Below are positions 40,957 through 50,939 of a stretch of 64,000 bases of DNA, piece by piece. The first letter of the stretch is position 1, and every line of letters begins with the position of its first letter. This DNA comes from SAR116 cluster bacterium AG-325-I21 (GTDB lineage Bacteria > Pseudomonadota > Alphaproteobacteria > Puniceispirillales > Puniceispirillaceae), in the NCBI GenBank assembly GCA_003282865.1, contig QBYK01000002.1, positions 14,562 through 78,561 on the forward strand, in the 5' to 3' direction. Both the position numbers and the translations under genes were made by a program. The notes under the pieces are model-generated. The model was not told the DNA's origin. It saw nothing but the letters and a program-made list of their open reading frames with translations, and searched no databases.

Positions 40957-42870
40957 ATGTCTGACCCTGTCAACCATCATTCAGCTGATTACCGGCTTAC
41001 CCCTGCTGTGATTTCGCACCATGATGGTATATTGCGCGCTGATAATTTTGATGACCTTTATTTTTCCGCTGATAGCGGCCTTGATGAGAGCCAGCATGTA
41101 TTTATTGATGGCAACCACATTGCTGATCGCTTAAACAATGCGGCGCATTTCACAATTGCCGAAACAGGGTTCGGCACTGGTTTAAATTTTTTGGTGGTGA
41201 TGAAGCTGCTGGAAGATATGACTGCAGAGCAGCCGCGAATGCGCCAGATTGACTATATTTCATTCGAAGCACAGCCCTTGCCATCCGAAATGATCGCAAA
41301 AATCCACAAAGCGTTTCCAGCGATCAAAAAACAGAGCAAAAAATTGATTGCCGCGATGCCGCCCCATTGGCCTGGCTTGCATCGCTGTAATTTTCTGGGG
41401 GGAAAATTGCGCCTGCATTTGGTTTATGGTGATGCAAATGAGACCCTCGCCAACGCCAATTTTATTGCTGATGCGTGGTTTTTAGACGGGTTTTCACCAG
41501 CCAAAAATCCTGAGCTGTGGAATCGTGATTTGCTACTGGCTATTGGCAGATTAACGCGGATGGGAGGCAGTTTTGCAACGTTTACCGCCGCCGGTTCGGT
41601 ACGCCAGTGTTTGGCTGATGCGGGCTTCCATGTTAAAAAATGTCGGGGCTTTGGCCGTAAGCGTGATATGCTTACTGGCTTCAAGCCTCTGAAAGGGCCG
41701 CCATCCTCCGGTAAATCCGGCGCAAACGGAGGGCGTCCGGCATCATTTGGCGTTGATCAAAGAATCGCCATTATTGGCGGTGGTATTGCGGGTGCGGCAC
41801 TGGCGGCGGGGCTGTCATTGCGGGGAGCGTGCCCGCATATTATTGAAGCAGGTGATCGTCTTGCCGCTGCATCCTCTGGTAATCGCCTGGCACTACAAAT
41901 CTCACGCTTGAGTGTTGACCATAATATCGCGAGCCGCATGTCGGCTGATTGTCTGTCCTATGCATCTCGCACCAGTGATATGGCTAACGCTGATATTTCC
42001 AGGAAAGTTATATCGCTTGATTGGCCAGAGCGAGAGGCCGTGAGGCAGGCCAAATTCAGGACTCAGTTTTGGCCTGATGATTTGATGCAATTTGTTGACG
42101 CAGAGGCAGCGTCCGAGCACGCAGGTATTAAGTTGCCTATTGGAGGTGTTCTGCATCCTTATGGGCGTGTGATTGAACCGGGGTTGCTAACCCGCTACCT
42201 CGCCCGGGGCTCGCGGACCTCTTTTGGCTTTCACGTTGTGGAAATAGGCTGCGATGATGAGGGCTTTCATCTGGTTGCATCAGATGGGCGGAGGCTGTCG
42301 TGTGACCAGCTAGTCTTTGCCGGTGGTGCTGATTTGGATGCGCTAAACCGGCTGCTGGCAGTTACTGGTATAGCAGTTGACGTAACATCAGGGCAGGTAA
42401 GCCACGTTCCTGAAACTGGTAATCTCGTTGGATTGCAAGCTGGCATCAGTTATGGCGGCTACCTAACGCCGGCAAAAGACGGGTACCATGAGCTCGGGGC
42501 CACATTTGACCGCTCCGCTAGAACTGAAATTCTTGAGAGCTCGCATTACCATAATAGAGATTTGTTGCCCGCTGGACTGGCAACCCAAATGCCTCATCCC
42601 AGGGACTATGGCGCGCGGATAAGCCGCCGTGCCAGCACGCCTGACCGCAACCCCGTTTGTGGTGAAATTGCCACTAATCTATATGTTCTGGGTGCTCTTG
42701 GCGCGCGTGGGTTAACGTTGGCACCTTTGCTGGGTGATATGATGGCAGCGCAAATGCTGGATATGCCGGTAACGCTTGGTCTTGATATTCGTGGGGGGTT
42801 GAACCCTTTTCGCTTCCGTCTGCGTTCCAGCAGAATTAAACCAAAAGCCGATTTCGCATCATCTGCCTAA
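40957..42870 (+). CDS. mnmC: Bifunctional tRNA mnm5s2U34 biosynthesis protein MnmC
   Basis: FDDLYFS, ETGFGTGLNFL, WFLDGFSPAKNPELW, then FAD domain IGGGIAG and LGARG. Confidence 0.93.
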   Translation: MSDPVNHHSADYRLTPAVISHHDGILRADNFDDLYFSADSGLDESQHVFIDGNHIADRLNNAAHFTIAETGFGTGLNFLVVMKLLEDMTAEQPRMRQIDYISFEAQPLPSEMIAKIHKAFPAIKKQSKKLIAAMPPHWPGLHRCNFLGGKLRLHLVYGDANETLANANFIADAWFLDGFSPAKNPELWNRDLLLAIGRLTRMGGSFATFTAAGSVRQCLADAGFHVKKCRGFGRKRDMLTGFKPLKGPPSSGKSGANGGRPASFGVDQRIAIIGGGIAGAALAAGLSLRGACPHIIEAGDRLAAASSGNRLALQISRLSVDHNIASRMSADCLSYASRTSDMANADISRKVISLDWPEREAVRQAKFRTQFWPDDLMQFVDAEAASEHAGIKLPIGGVLHPYGRVIEPGLLTRYLARGSRTSFGFHVVEIGCDDEGFHLVASDGRRLSCDQLVFAGGADLDALNRLLAVTGIAVDVTSGQVSHVPETGNLVGLQAGISYGGYLTPAKDGYHELGATFDRSARTEILESSHYHNRDLLPAGLATQMPHPRDYGARISRRASTPDRNPVCGEIATNLYVLGALGARGLTLAPLLGDMMAAQMLDMPVTLGLDIRGGLNPFRFRLRSSRIKPKADFASSA

Positions 42871-42915
42871 TCTTATTTAGATAAAAATGTTTTGGCTTAT
42901 TAAGTGATGCAGGCC

Positions 42916-43638
42916 TCAGAGATGTAGCATGTCCCGCGCATCAAACCGTTGGCCATGATCAATGCACGCTGGGTCAAGAAGGGTCAAAAAGGCAGGGGCA
43001 ACATCCGCAGGTTGCGGCAGCGTGTCAGGGTTTTCTCCTGGAAAGGCTGATGCCCGCATTCTCGTTGCAGTGCCGCCAGGATTTAAAATATTAATGCGCA
43101 GATTTGTCTTTTCAGTCTCGCCCGCCCAAACGCGCCCCATCGCCTCCAGCCCAGCCTTGGAAATGGCGTATGGCCCCCAAAAGGGTCTGATGCCCTCGGC
43201 AGCTCCAGAGGAAACCAGAACCGCTCGGCCCGCCGACGCAGCAAGCAGCAGTGGTTCCATTGCCTTAATCAAATGCCATTGAGCGGTCAAATTAACAGCA
43301 ATAGTGTCATTCCAGGCCGAATCATCCAGATGCGAAAGGGGCGTAAGAGGGCTAAGTGTTGCTGCATTAGCAACAAAACCGTCAAGTTTACCCCAGCGCC
43401 CTTTGATGGCCGCAGCAAGGCGGGGCATGGCTCCGTAATCATGCATGTCAAGTTCAACAATTGTTGCCTTGCCGCCAGCCGACTTAATTTCATCATCTAA
43501 ATCTTCCAACGCACCAATTGTGCGACCGGTAATTATCAAGCTGGCACCCGCTTTAGCCGCCGCCAACGCGACTGCCCGTCCAATGCCGCGGCTAGCGCCG
43601 GTTATTAGAATAATCCTATTGTGAAAATCATGGGTCAT
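42916..43638 (-). CDS. SDR family NAD(P)-dependent oxidoreductase (YciK-like)
   Basis: TGASRGIG, YAISK, NPGGTATRMRASAFPGE. Confidence 0.9.
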   Translation of the reverse strand: MTHDFHNRIILITGASRGIGRAVALAAAKAGASLIITGRTIGALEDLDDEIKSAGGKATIVELDMHDYGAMPRLAAAIKGRWGKLDGFVANAATLSPLTPLSHLDDSAWNDTIAVNLTAQWHLIKAMEPLLLAASAGRAVLVSSGAAEGIRPFWGPYAISKAGLEAMGRVWAGETEKTNLRINILNPGGTATRMRASAFPGENPDTLPQPADVAPAFLTLLDPACIDHGQRFDARDMLHL

Positions 43639-44047
43639 GAGACACTCACTTTTTTGAGATAACTTAGCGGCCGGTGCCACGGGAAACGTGCTTTGCAGAG
43701 CCCAGATGCCAGTTCAATTGGTTAACCGTTGGTAAAACACTTGTCACAGAATTGGGGGCAATCGTTGTTACTACCAGCGACACTCACAGCAATATATAGC
43801 CCGTTAACTTAGAAAAATGCCAATGGTCAGCTCCAAAATTTTCGCCAACACGTCCAATTCTGCGATGCGCATGGAACTCCTTGCCATCAAAGCTAATAAT
43901 CCCAGTTGCTTCAAGCCCGCGATGTTGAAGCGCATGCAGGCGACGGGCGCTGCTGATGCTAGATTTACTAGTCCCAAAAATGCTAAAAACCGCGCGCTCT
44001 TCTCGCCAATGTTTGTCGTCAAATCGGTTGGTTGTTAACAAATTCAT
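43635..44047 (-). pseudogene. purF: Amidophosphoribosyltransferase remnant (N- and C-terminal stubs fused)
   Basis: N-terminal DDKHWREERAVFSIFG...LHALQHRGLEATGIISFDG...VGENF is joined near 43800 to C-terminal GLYIAV...PQFCDKCFTNG*PIEL, whose frame ends overlapping the SDR ATG. Position between cvpA and the SDR is the usual purF locus. Confidence 0.9.
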
Positions 44048-44209
44048 TCTACATGTCCCAAAATTAAGGTGGCTATCAGAATAACTGGCGCGTTAATTCC
44101 GCGCTGGATTATCAATCGAAAAAGGCTTTACGCCAAGATATGTCAGATGCGGATCGTAGCATCTGTTTTGAATTTTTTCTGATTTGTTTTCCTACCTGCT
44201 TTCGCCAAT

Positions 44210-44890
44210 TTAATTGGCCTTTTCGTCGCTCAATAGTTGCATGTCATCGCTAAAAGGTTGTTTGGCTACCTTTCCGGGTTCGTCAAGAGAAGCATCAGTT
44301 TTATCACCCGCTCCACCTGTTAACGCTTGGTCAATTGTGAGTTCGCCCATTGTTACGGGCACACGATAGGATAGATAATTAATCAGTTGTTGGCGATAAT
44401 CTCTCGGGACAAATCCAGAAAAATAATGCGCACTGCGACTAAGCAGGGGAGTACTGTGTGACCCCTTGACTGTCTCGGGCAGATTATCCTCGCCTTCTAC
44501 GGCAAAAACGGCTGCCACAAAAACAATGAGGACAAGCCCATAGCCGCGAACAAATCCGAATAATACGCCAAGCCAACGATCAAGGTTGCCGAATCCTATC
44601 CGCTTCAAACCGGGGGCAATTATGCTCGCGAGAATAAACCAGATCACAACAGATGCAGCGAAGGGTAATCCCCATGCCAATGCTGCACCAAGGCCTTTCA
44701 CTTGTAATAAATCAACAATTGAATATTCGATCAGCGGTGCAGAATAATTTGCGATCAATATCGAAATACCCCAGCCAGCAAGGCCAAGAATTTCGCGCGT
44801 CAAACCACGTAAAATGGACATAGTCGCCGATAAAATAAGAACAAAAACAATTCCGTAATCTACTAGCGTCAATGTTGTGAAATCGATCAT
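44210..44890 (-). CDS. cvpA: CvpA family protein
   Basis: RGLTREI, LDRWLGVLFGFVRG, 4-5 TM helices. Lies downstream of radA. Confidence 0.92.
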   Translation of the reverse strand: MIDFTTLTLVDYGIVFVLILSATMSILRGLTREILGLAGWGISILIANYSAPLIEYSIVDLLQVKGLGAALAWGLPFAASVVIWFILASIIAPGLKRIGFGNLDRWLGVLFGFVRGYGLVLIVFVAAVFAVEGEDNLPETVKGSHSTPLLSRSAHYFSGFVPRDYRQQLINYLSYRVPVTMGELTIDQALTGGAGDKTDASLDEPGKVAKQPFSDDMQLLSDEKAN

Positions 44891-44948
44891 GCGAATCCTT
44901 TAACAGGTATGCGCTTTTGTCCAATGAATGAGATTATGCGATAGAGCT

Positions 44949-46319
44949 TCAATTTATGCCACCCATAATTTCAATCAATTCGGCAAGAGTGCTTGGCTGG
45001 GTCAGGGCTATGCCAGCTATTTTTCCAATAGACTTGCGCGGGCACGGCATCACCGCATTTTCAAATCCCAGCTTGGCGGACTCCTTTAATCTTGCTTCGG
45101 CTTTGGCCACCTGACGCAGTTCGGCTGATAATGCCACTTCCCCAAAGAAAACTGTGCGTTTTGGGGCTGGCCTGCTGGTTACCGATGAAATCAGTGCCGC
45201 CGCAACAGCTAGATCAGCCGCGGTTTCATGAATTTTCAACCCACCAGCAACGTTCAAAAAAATATCTCGTCCCGACAAGGGAACTCCGCAACGTGCCTCA
45301 AGAACTGCGGTTAACATGGCGAGACGACTGGAATCCCACCCCACAACATTGCGGCGTGGCGTTGCTAATGAGGATGGTGCAACAAGTGCTTCAATTTCGG
45401 CTAAAACTGGCCGGCTCCCCTCAATGCCAGCGAACACAACTGCGCCGGTAACGTCTTCGCGATGGTCGGCGAGAAACAGTTCGGACGGGTTTGGTACCTC
45501 GGCAAGGCCAGCCTCAACCATTTCAAAAACGCCAATTTCATCAGTGGCACCAAAACGGTTTTTTACGCTTCGCAGGATACGGAAGTGATGCGATCTATCA
45601 CCCTCAAAATACAGCACAGCGTCAACCATGTGTTCCAATACGCGCGGGCCAGCGATCGCCCCATCTTTGGTAACATGGCCGACAATCAGCAGGGCAACCT
45701 GATTATTTTTGGCAGCACGGATCAGTTCTTGGGCGGTGGCACGAACCTGTGATACCGTTCCGGGAGCCGAGTCTAGATTTGGCAAAAACATCGTCTGAAT
45801 CGAGTCAATGACCATGACATCAGGTTTGTCAGGACCGTCCATCGAGGCGACAATATCGCTGGTATTGGTTGCGGTGCCAAGTTGGACAGCGGTATCGGCA
45901 AGCCCCAGACGCTGGGCGCGCATGCGAACCTGATCTGCAGACTCCTCTCCAGAAATATACGCTGCTTTGAGGCTTAGCCCCGCTATTTTACACGCTAATT
46001 GGAGTAACAGGGTTGATTTACCAATGCCGGGGTCGCCTCCAACCAACGTAGCAGAGCCTAGTACTAAGCCGCCACCAGACACACGGTCAAATTCTTTGAT
46101 TCCAGATTTCATGCGGAGCGGGGGGGTTGCTCGGTTGTCAATTTGCAGCTGTTCAAATGATATGCGACGGCCCGACACCCACTTTCCGGGTCTGGAGGGG
46201 GCTTCTTTGCGTTCTTCAACAAGTGTGTTCCATGCTCCGCAATCTTCGCATTTTCCTGCCCATTTGGGGAATCTTGCCCCGCATTGCTGGCAGGCATATG
46301 TAACGTCGCGTCGTGCCAT
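44949..46319 (-). CDS. radA: DNA repair protein RadA/Sms
   Basis: CQQCG..KW.GKC..C zinc finger, GDPGIGKST, KNRFG. Confidence 0.97.
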   Translation of the reverse strand: MARRDVTYACQQCGARFPKWAGKCEDCGAWNTLVEERKEAPSRPGKWVSGRRISFEQLQIDNRATPPLRMKSGIKEFDRVSGGGLVLGSATLVGGDPGIGKSTLLLQLACKIAGLSLKAAYISGEESADQVRMRAQRLGLADTAVQLGTATNTSDIVASMDGPDKPDVMVIDSIQTMFLPNLDSAPGTVSQVRATAQELIRAAKNNQVALLIVGHVTKDGAIAGPRVLEHMVDAVLYFEGDRSHHFRILRSVKNRFGATDEIGVFEMVEAGLAEVPNPSELFLADHREDVTGAVVFAGIEGSRPVLAEIEALVAPSSLATPRRNVVGWDSSRLAMLTAVLEARCGVPLSGRDIFLNVAGGLKIHETAADLAVAAALISSVTSRPAPKRTVFFGEVALSAELRQVAKAEARLKESAKLGFENAVMPCPRKSIGKIAGIALTQPSTLAELIEIMGGIN

Positions 46320-47107
46320 TATGATCCCGCCTGATAAATTGTCCAATTATTGGTGAGCGGCCCCTCTGTAAGGCCATGCACAAATTGATGCACCTCTGGA
46401 ACGCCACTTTCATTCATATTATCTGCTGGCCCAGCCCAGATAATGACACCATTATGAAGCATCGCCACTTTGTCAGCGATGCGGCGGACAGATGCCATAT
46501 CATGGCTGATAGTAACGGTGGTGGCGCCAAGGCGTTTCCGAGCATCGATAATCAATCGGTCAATAACACCTCCGGTAATCGGGTCGAGACCTGATGTAGG
46601 TTCATCAAACAGTAGAATTTCAGGCTCATCGACAATGGCACGGGCAAGGGCAACACGTTTTTGCATTCCGCCTGATAACTCAGCCGGGTATTGATCAATA
46701 ACACTTGGGGCAAGGCCCAGCTGTGTAATCGTTTGCGCCGCAATATCGCGCGCTGCAGCTTTGCCAAGAGCTTTCTGGTGCCGCAGCCGAAACGTGACAT
46801 TTTCCCATATTGGTAAAGAATCAAATAGGGCACCAAACTGAAAGGTCATTCCAAAATGCTGACGTAAATCTTCGAGCGCGGCACGCCCCTGATCAAGGAC
46901 TTCTTCACCCTCAATTTTTACACTGCCGGTATCTGGCCTGATGAGCCCGTTCAAGCATTTCATCAACACCGATTTGCCGCACCCTGATGTGCCAATAATG
47001 ACCAACGATTCTTGTGGGGCGACAGTAAGGTTAACACCTTTGAGAACATGGTTTGCATCGAATGATTTTGTAACGCCGGCGAGTTCAATTTTGGGGGTTG
47101 CTGCCAT
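46319..47107 (-). CDS. mlaF: ABC transporter ATP-binding protein, MlaF/Ttg2A type
   Basis: GTSGCGKS, FQFGALFDS, LSGGMQKRVALARA, DEPTSGLDP. Confidence 0.88.
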   Translation of the reverse strand: MAATPKIELAGVTKSFDANHVLKGVNLTVAPQESLVIIGTSGCGKSVLMKCLNGLIRPDTGSVKIEGEEVLDQGRAALEDLRQHFGMTFQFGALFDSLPIWENVTFRLRHQKALGKAAARDIAAQTITQLGLAPSVIDQYPAELSGGMQKRVALARAIVDEPEILLFDEPTSGLDPITGGVIDRLIIDARKRLGATTVTISHDMASVRRIADKVAMLHNGVIIWAGPADNMNESGVPEVHQFVHGLTEGPLTNNWTIYQAGS

Positions 47108-47109
47108 GA

Positions 47110-47886
47110 CTACCCTCCAAAAAAGATCGTTGTGACAACGTAATTGGCGATCAAGATCAGAATAGATGCTGACACCACGGCATTTGTTGTTGCTCGGCCA
47201 ACCCCCTGCGCTCCGAGGCCCGAATGATAGCCATGATAACAACCCATAAGAGCAATCAAAAAGCCGAACACGGCAGCCTTTATAAGGCCAAGTGTGACAT
47301 CGGATACTTCCAAATATTCAAGAGTTCGAGCTAAGTAAACCGATGGATTGAAACCAAGACGGTAAACCCCAACTAAATAACCTCCAAAAACGCCAATGAC
47401 ATCGCCAATCAGAACGAGAAACGGTAAACAGATAGTGCCTGCCACCAAACGTGGGGCTACAAGATATTGCATCGGACGGGTTGACAATGTCTCTAGCGCG
47501 TCAATCTGGTCAGTAACTCGCATTGTGCCGATTTCGGCGGCCATTGATGCGCCGATGCGTCCTGCAACCATCAACCCAGCCAAAACTGGCCCAAGTTCGC
47601 GCGTGACCGATAGCACAACCACCGTTGCAACCGTATCTTCAGCGGAAAACCGGGCAAAACCGGTGTAGGATTGGAGGGCCAAAACCATGCCGGAAAATAG
47701 CGTGGTTAATCCAACAACCGGCAAGGAATAATATCCAATATCAATGATTTGTCGAAGCAATTGTTGCCAGTAATAAGGCGGTGTAAGAATCCAGCGGATG
47801 GCCATGATACTGAACAGGGAAATATGCCCAATTGCAGCAAAGGAATTAAGAGCGGTGCGACCTAAGTTTTGGACAAAACGATGCAT
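47110..47886 (-). CDS. mlaE: MlaE family lipid ABC transporter permease
   Basis: RELGPVLAGLMVAGRIG, AEIGTMRVTDQIDAL, GVGRATT.AVV. Confidence 0.93.
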   Translation of the reverse strand: MHRFVQNLGRTALNSFAAIGHISLFSIMAIRWILTPPYYWQQLLRQIIDIGYYSLPVVGLTTLFSGMVLALQSYTGFARFSAEDTVATVVVLSVTRELGPVLAGLMVAGRIGASMAAEIGTMRVTDQIDALETLSTRPMQYLVAPRLVAGTICLPFLVLIGDVIGVFGGYLVGVYRLGFNPSVYLARTLEYLEVSDVTLGLIKAAVFGFLIALMGCYHGYHSGLGAQGVGRATTNAVVSASILILIANYVVTTIFFGG

Positions 47887-48110
47887 GTGTCTTGGAACCG
47901 TCGCCAGGCGCTATTAAAAAGGGTAGTTATTGTTATGCCGATATTTGCCTTTTTTGGCTACAGAAAATCTACCTTTTAACTAATAAACACCAAAAGAAAG
48001 AACATTAGACGTGATCTAATCAGGGAAATAAGACAAAAGACTTTTGGAAAACTTAAGGGAGGGGCAGGCATCATTAGCATAACGCAAGCGAGATTAAGGA
48101 TTGCAAGGTG

Positions 48111-49235
48111 TTAGCCGTCACCCCGATAATGCCGTTCTGCCCGGGGACCAAGACCGGTCATGATCTCATATGGAATGGTGCCGACATCGTTCGCCATTTT
48201 TTCGACACGGTAATCCTCGTGAACAAGCGACGCTGTGCCAGTGCGCAGGCTTTCCTGATTAAAACCGGTCACATCCACGGTGATGCTGTCCATAGAAACG
48301 CGTCCAATAACAGGTGCAGTCCTCCCGCCAATTGAAACGGTGGCCATACCTCCAAGCTGACGACGGTAGCCATCTGCATAGCCAACACCAAGGGTCGCAA
48401 TTTGGGAATCACGATCTAATTGGTAGGTACCTCCATACCCTACCTTGTCACCAGCAGCAGCATTGCGAATCTGAAGGATACGCGCCTGCCATTCAAAAGC
48501 AGGCTGAAGGGGACTATCCCGATCTTCGAGCGGATGAATGCCATAAAGCGCAATTCCAGGCCGGGTCATCGAAAAATGATAGTCACTACCACGGAGTGAA
48601 CCCGCGCTGTTAGCAATGCTAGCGGGAATTGTTGAAAACGAACTGTGAATTTTATTAAAACTAGCCAATTGACGAATATTGACTGGATCATTGATTAGTT
48701 CACCAGACACAAGGTGGCTCATTACATAGGTTACTTTCAACCCTTTTAGGGCCCTCTTGTTTCGGATCAACCAATCTGTCTGATCCGCATCCAGCCCCAA
48801 ACGGTTCATTCCTGTATCAAAATGCAATAATGCCGGCAGCGTTATGCCAATTTTTGCGGCATAAACCCGCCAGCGTGAGATTTGTTCCAGATCATTTAAC
48901 ACGGGTTCCAGTTGATGGGCCACGAAATCTGCTTCCTGCCCTCGTTGGAAGCCGTGAAAAACCATGATTGGAAGATCACCATGGCGCGTTTTTCGGAATA
49001 CGGCCCGCAATTCTATCGCTTCATTAAGGCTCGCAACAAAAAAAAGTTCGCAGCCAGCTTGCGCCAATGCCGTTGCAACCTCAAAACTGCCCAGCCCGTA
49101 TGCATTGGCCTTTACCACCGCGGCGGTCTTTATTGTCGGCGCAGACAAACTATCGATGTAGCGCCAATTGGCGGTAATTGCGTTAAGATCAATTGTGATG
49201 GCGTTATCTGCACTTCCAAAATGTTGATGAGGCAT
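48111..49235 (-). CDS. alr: Alanine racemase
   Basis: AVVKANAYGLG PLP motif, DTGMNRLG, GYADG, GRVSMD, TIPYE. Confidence 0.96.
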   Translation of the reverse strand: MPHQHFGSADNAITIDLNAITANWRYIDSLSAPTIKTAAVVKANAYGLGSFEVATALAQAGCELFFVASLNEAIELRAVFRKTRHGDLPIMVFHGFQRGQEADFVAHQLEPVLNDLEQISRWRVYAAKIGITLPALLHFDTGMNRLGLDADQTDWLIRNKRALKGLKVTYVMSHLVSGELINDPVNIRQLASFNKIHSSFSTIPASIANSAGSLRGSDYHFSMTRPGIALYGIHPLEDRDSPLQPAFEWQARILQIRNAAAGDKVGYGGTYQLDRDSQIATLGVGYADGYRRQLGGMATVSIGGRTAPVIGRVSMDSITVDVTGFNQESLRTGTASLVHEDYRVEKMANDVGTIPYEIMTGLGPRAERHYRGDG

Positions 49236-49241
49236 AATGGC

Positions 49242-50738
49242 TTAAAAACTCTCGGGCAGGTGGGTGCTATCGGTAAGGTCAGTAAAATGCGTGAACCGTT
49301 TTTCGAAATGAACCTGTACTGATCCAATGGGGCCATGACGCTGCTTCGCGACAACCAGCTCAGCTTTATTTTCTGAATTTTGCATTTTGCGCATCCAGTC
49401 ATCATGACGCAAATTGAAAGTGTCTTCTGATTCTTCCATTTTACGTTCGGGTTCACGCTTATTAAGATAATATTCTTCACGATAGACAAACATTACCACG
49501 TCGGCATCCTGTTCAATCGATCCAGACTCTCGCAAGTCAGCAAGGTTAGGCCGCTTGTCTTCTCGCATTTCAACAGCACGTGACAATTGCGATAATGCTA
49601 ACACAGGCACATTTAAATCTTTTGCAATAGCCTTTAAGGTTCGGCTGATATTTGAGATTTCTTGCACGCGGTTTTCTGATTTGACACCGAGTTGTGGTGT
49701 TAAAAGTTGAAGGTAATCAACGATGATCAGGCCAAGGCCGGATGTACGTTTTAGACGGCGAGCTCGACTCAAAAGCTGGGACACAGATAGTGAGGGCGTA
49801 TCATCAATAAAGAAGGGTGCGCCAGAAATGGCGTTACTAGCAATAACAAGTTGGTCAAATTCGGCACTGTTTAATTTACCGCGCCGGATTTGCTCTGAAT
49901 CCACCTGAGCACGTTCAGACAGAATACGCGTTCCAAGCTGTTCGGCGGCCATCTCAAGTGAGAAGAATGCTACCGGAACTGCTTTTTCCCCCGTTCGGGT
50001 GGTGATCGCCGCATGAAAGGCAATATTTGTGGCAAGGGCTGTTTTGCCCATCCCTGGACGACCAGCAAGAATGATCAAATCTGATTTATGCAACCCACCA
50101 AGGAGGTTATTCAAATCTGTCAGGCCGGTACTGGTGCCAGATAGGTGCCCATCATTTTTGCGAGCAAGATCAGCCTGAGTGATACTGCCGCTAATGACCG
50201 AATCAAAGCCGCGCAAGCCAGCACTGGATGAGTCGGTCTCCGCTAAGCGAAATAATTGTGCCTCGGCACTTTCGATTTGTTCGTGGGCGGGAACATCAAC
50301 GTCTGGTTGACCCGCATTTAGGATCACTGCATCACCAATTAGGATTAGTTGGCGACGAATATGCGCTTCATGAATAACATTGGCGTAATAGGGAGCCTGA
50401 GTAATGCTGATCACGCCATCGGCAAGCTCAGATAGGTAAGATTCCGAGTTTTCTCCCTGAAATTCGTTGCTATTGGTAAAAAAACTTTTCAGCGTTACAG
50501 GATTGGCAAGCTGACCTCGTTCAATCAGGCGCTGAATGGTCGAAAATATTCGACCGTGAAGCGGATCATAGAAATGATCGGCCAGTAACCGGTCATCAAT
50601 CCGCTCAAAAACGCTGTTATCCAGAAGAATAGCGCCAAGCAAGTTTTGTTCTGCTGCCAGATTATGTGGCATTGTGCGTGCAGAAGATGCGCTGGCAACA
50701 CTCGGAAATGATTTGATGTTGGTTTGATCGTCAGCCAT
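49242..50738 (-). CDS. dnaB: Replicative DNA helicase
   Basis: AGRPGMGKT, FSLEM, VDYLQL, SQLSR, DLRESGSIEQDAD. Confidence 0.97.
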   Translation of the reverse strand: MADDQTNIKSFPSVASASSARTMPHNLAAEQNLLGAILLDNSVFERIDDRLLADHFYDPLHGRIFSTIQRLIERGQLANPVTLKSFFTNSNEFQGENSESYLSELADGVISITQAPYYANVIHEAHIRRQLILIGDAVILNAGQPDVDVPAHEQIESAEAQLFRLAETDSSSAGLRGFDSVISGSITQADLARKNDGHLSGTSTGLTDLNNLLGGLHKSDLIILAGRPGMGKTALATNIAFHAAITTRTGEKAVPVAFFSLEMAAEQLGTRILSERAQVDSEQIRRGKLNSAEFDQLVIASNAISGAPFFIDDTPSLSVSQLLSRARRLKRTSGLGLIIVDYLQLLTPQLGVKSENRVQEISNISRTLKAIAKDLNVPVLALSQLSRAVEMREDKRPNLADLRESGSIEQDADVVMFVYREEYYLNKREPERKMEESEDTFNLRHDDWMRKMQNSENKAELVVAKQRHGPIGSVQVHFEKRFTHFTDLTDSTHLPESF

Positions 50739-50847
50739 TCCTTATCGTAGCAAACTTAAGGTCAAATGGCATGATGTTAAATTTGGGGATGATGGGGATA
50801 AGTTCAATCATTTTTTCTTTCATGCTTACGACGGCGTTGATATCGGT

Positions 50848-50875
50848 AAAAGTTGAGGCTCGGCCTTCAAACCTC
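50848..50875 (-). terminator. Putative terminator after rplI
   Basis: Minus strand GAGGTTTG-aaggc-CGAGCCTC hairpin (two G-U pairs) followed by AACTTTT. Confidence 0.4.
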
Positions 50876-50939
50876 GGCAAACAGGACGATAAGCCAAAGA
50901 CGTTATCCTGGTTTCATTCGGGATTTAAGCAAGTAATCC

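Noticed and set aside
1932-44047. Stop-codon reassignment or programmed readthrough as the cause of the in-frame stops
   Set aside because: Internal stops include TAA, TAG and TGA, co-occur with frameshifts and deletions, and never occur in core genes, which use all three as normal terminators.
44144-44169. Hairpin CAGATGC/GCATCTG followed by TTTT
   Set aside because: The U-tract is on the plus strand while flanking genes are on the minus strand, so it cannot be called a terminator for them.
46319-47886. mlaE-mlaF without mlaD/mlaC
   Set aside because: The alr-mlaE-mlaF-radA arrangement with the other mla genes elsewhere is common in alphaproteobacteria.
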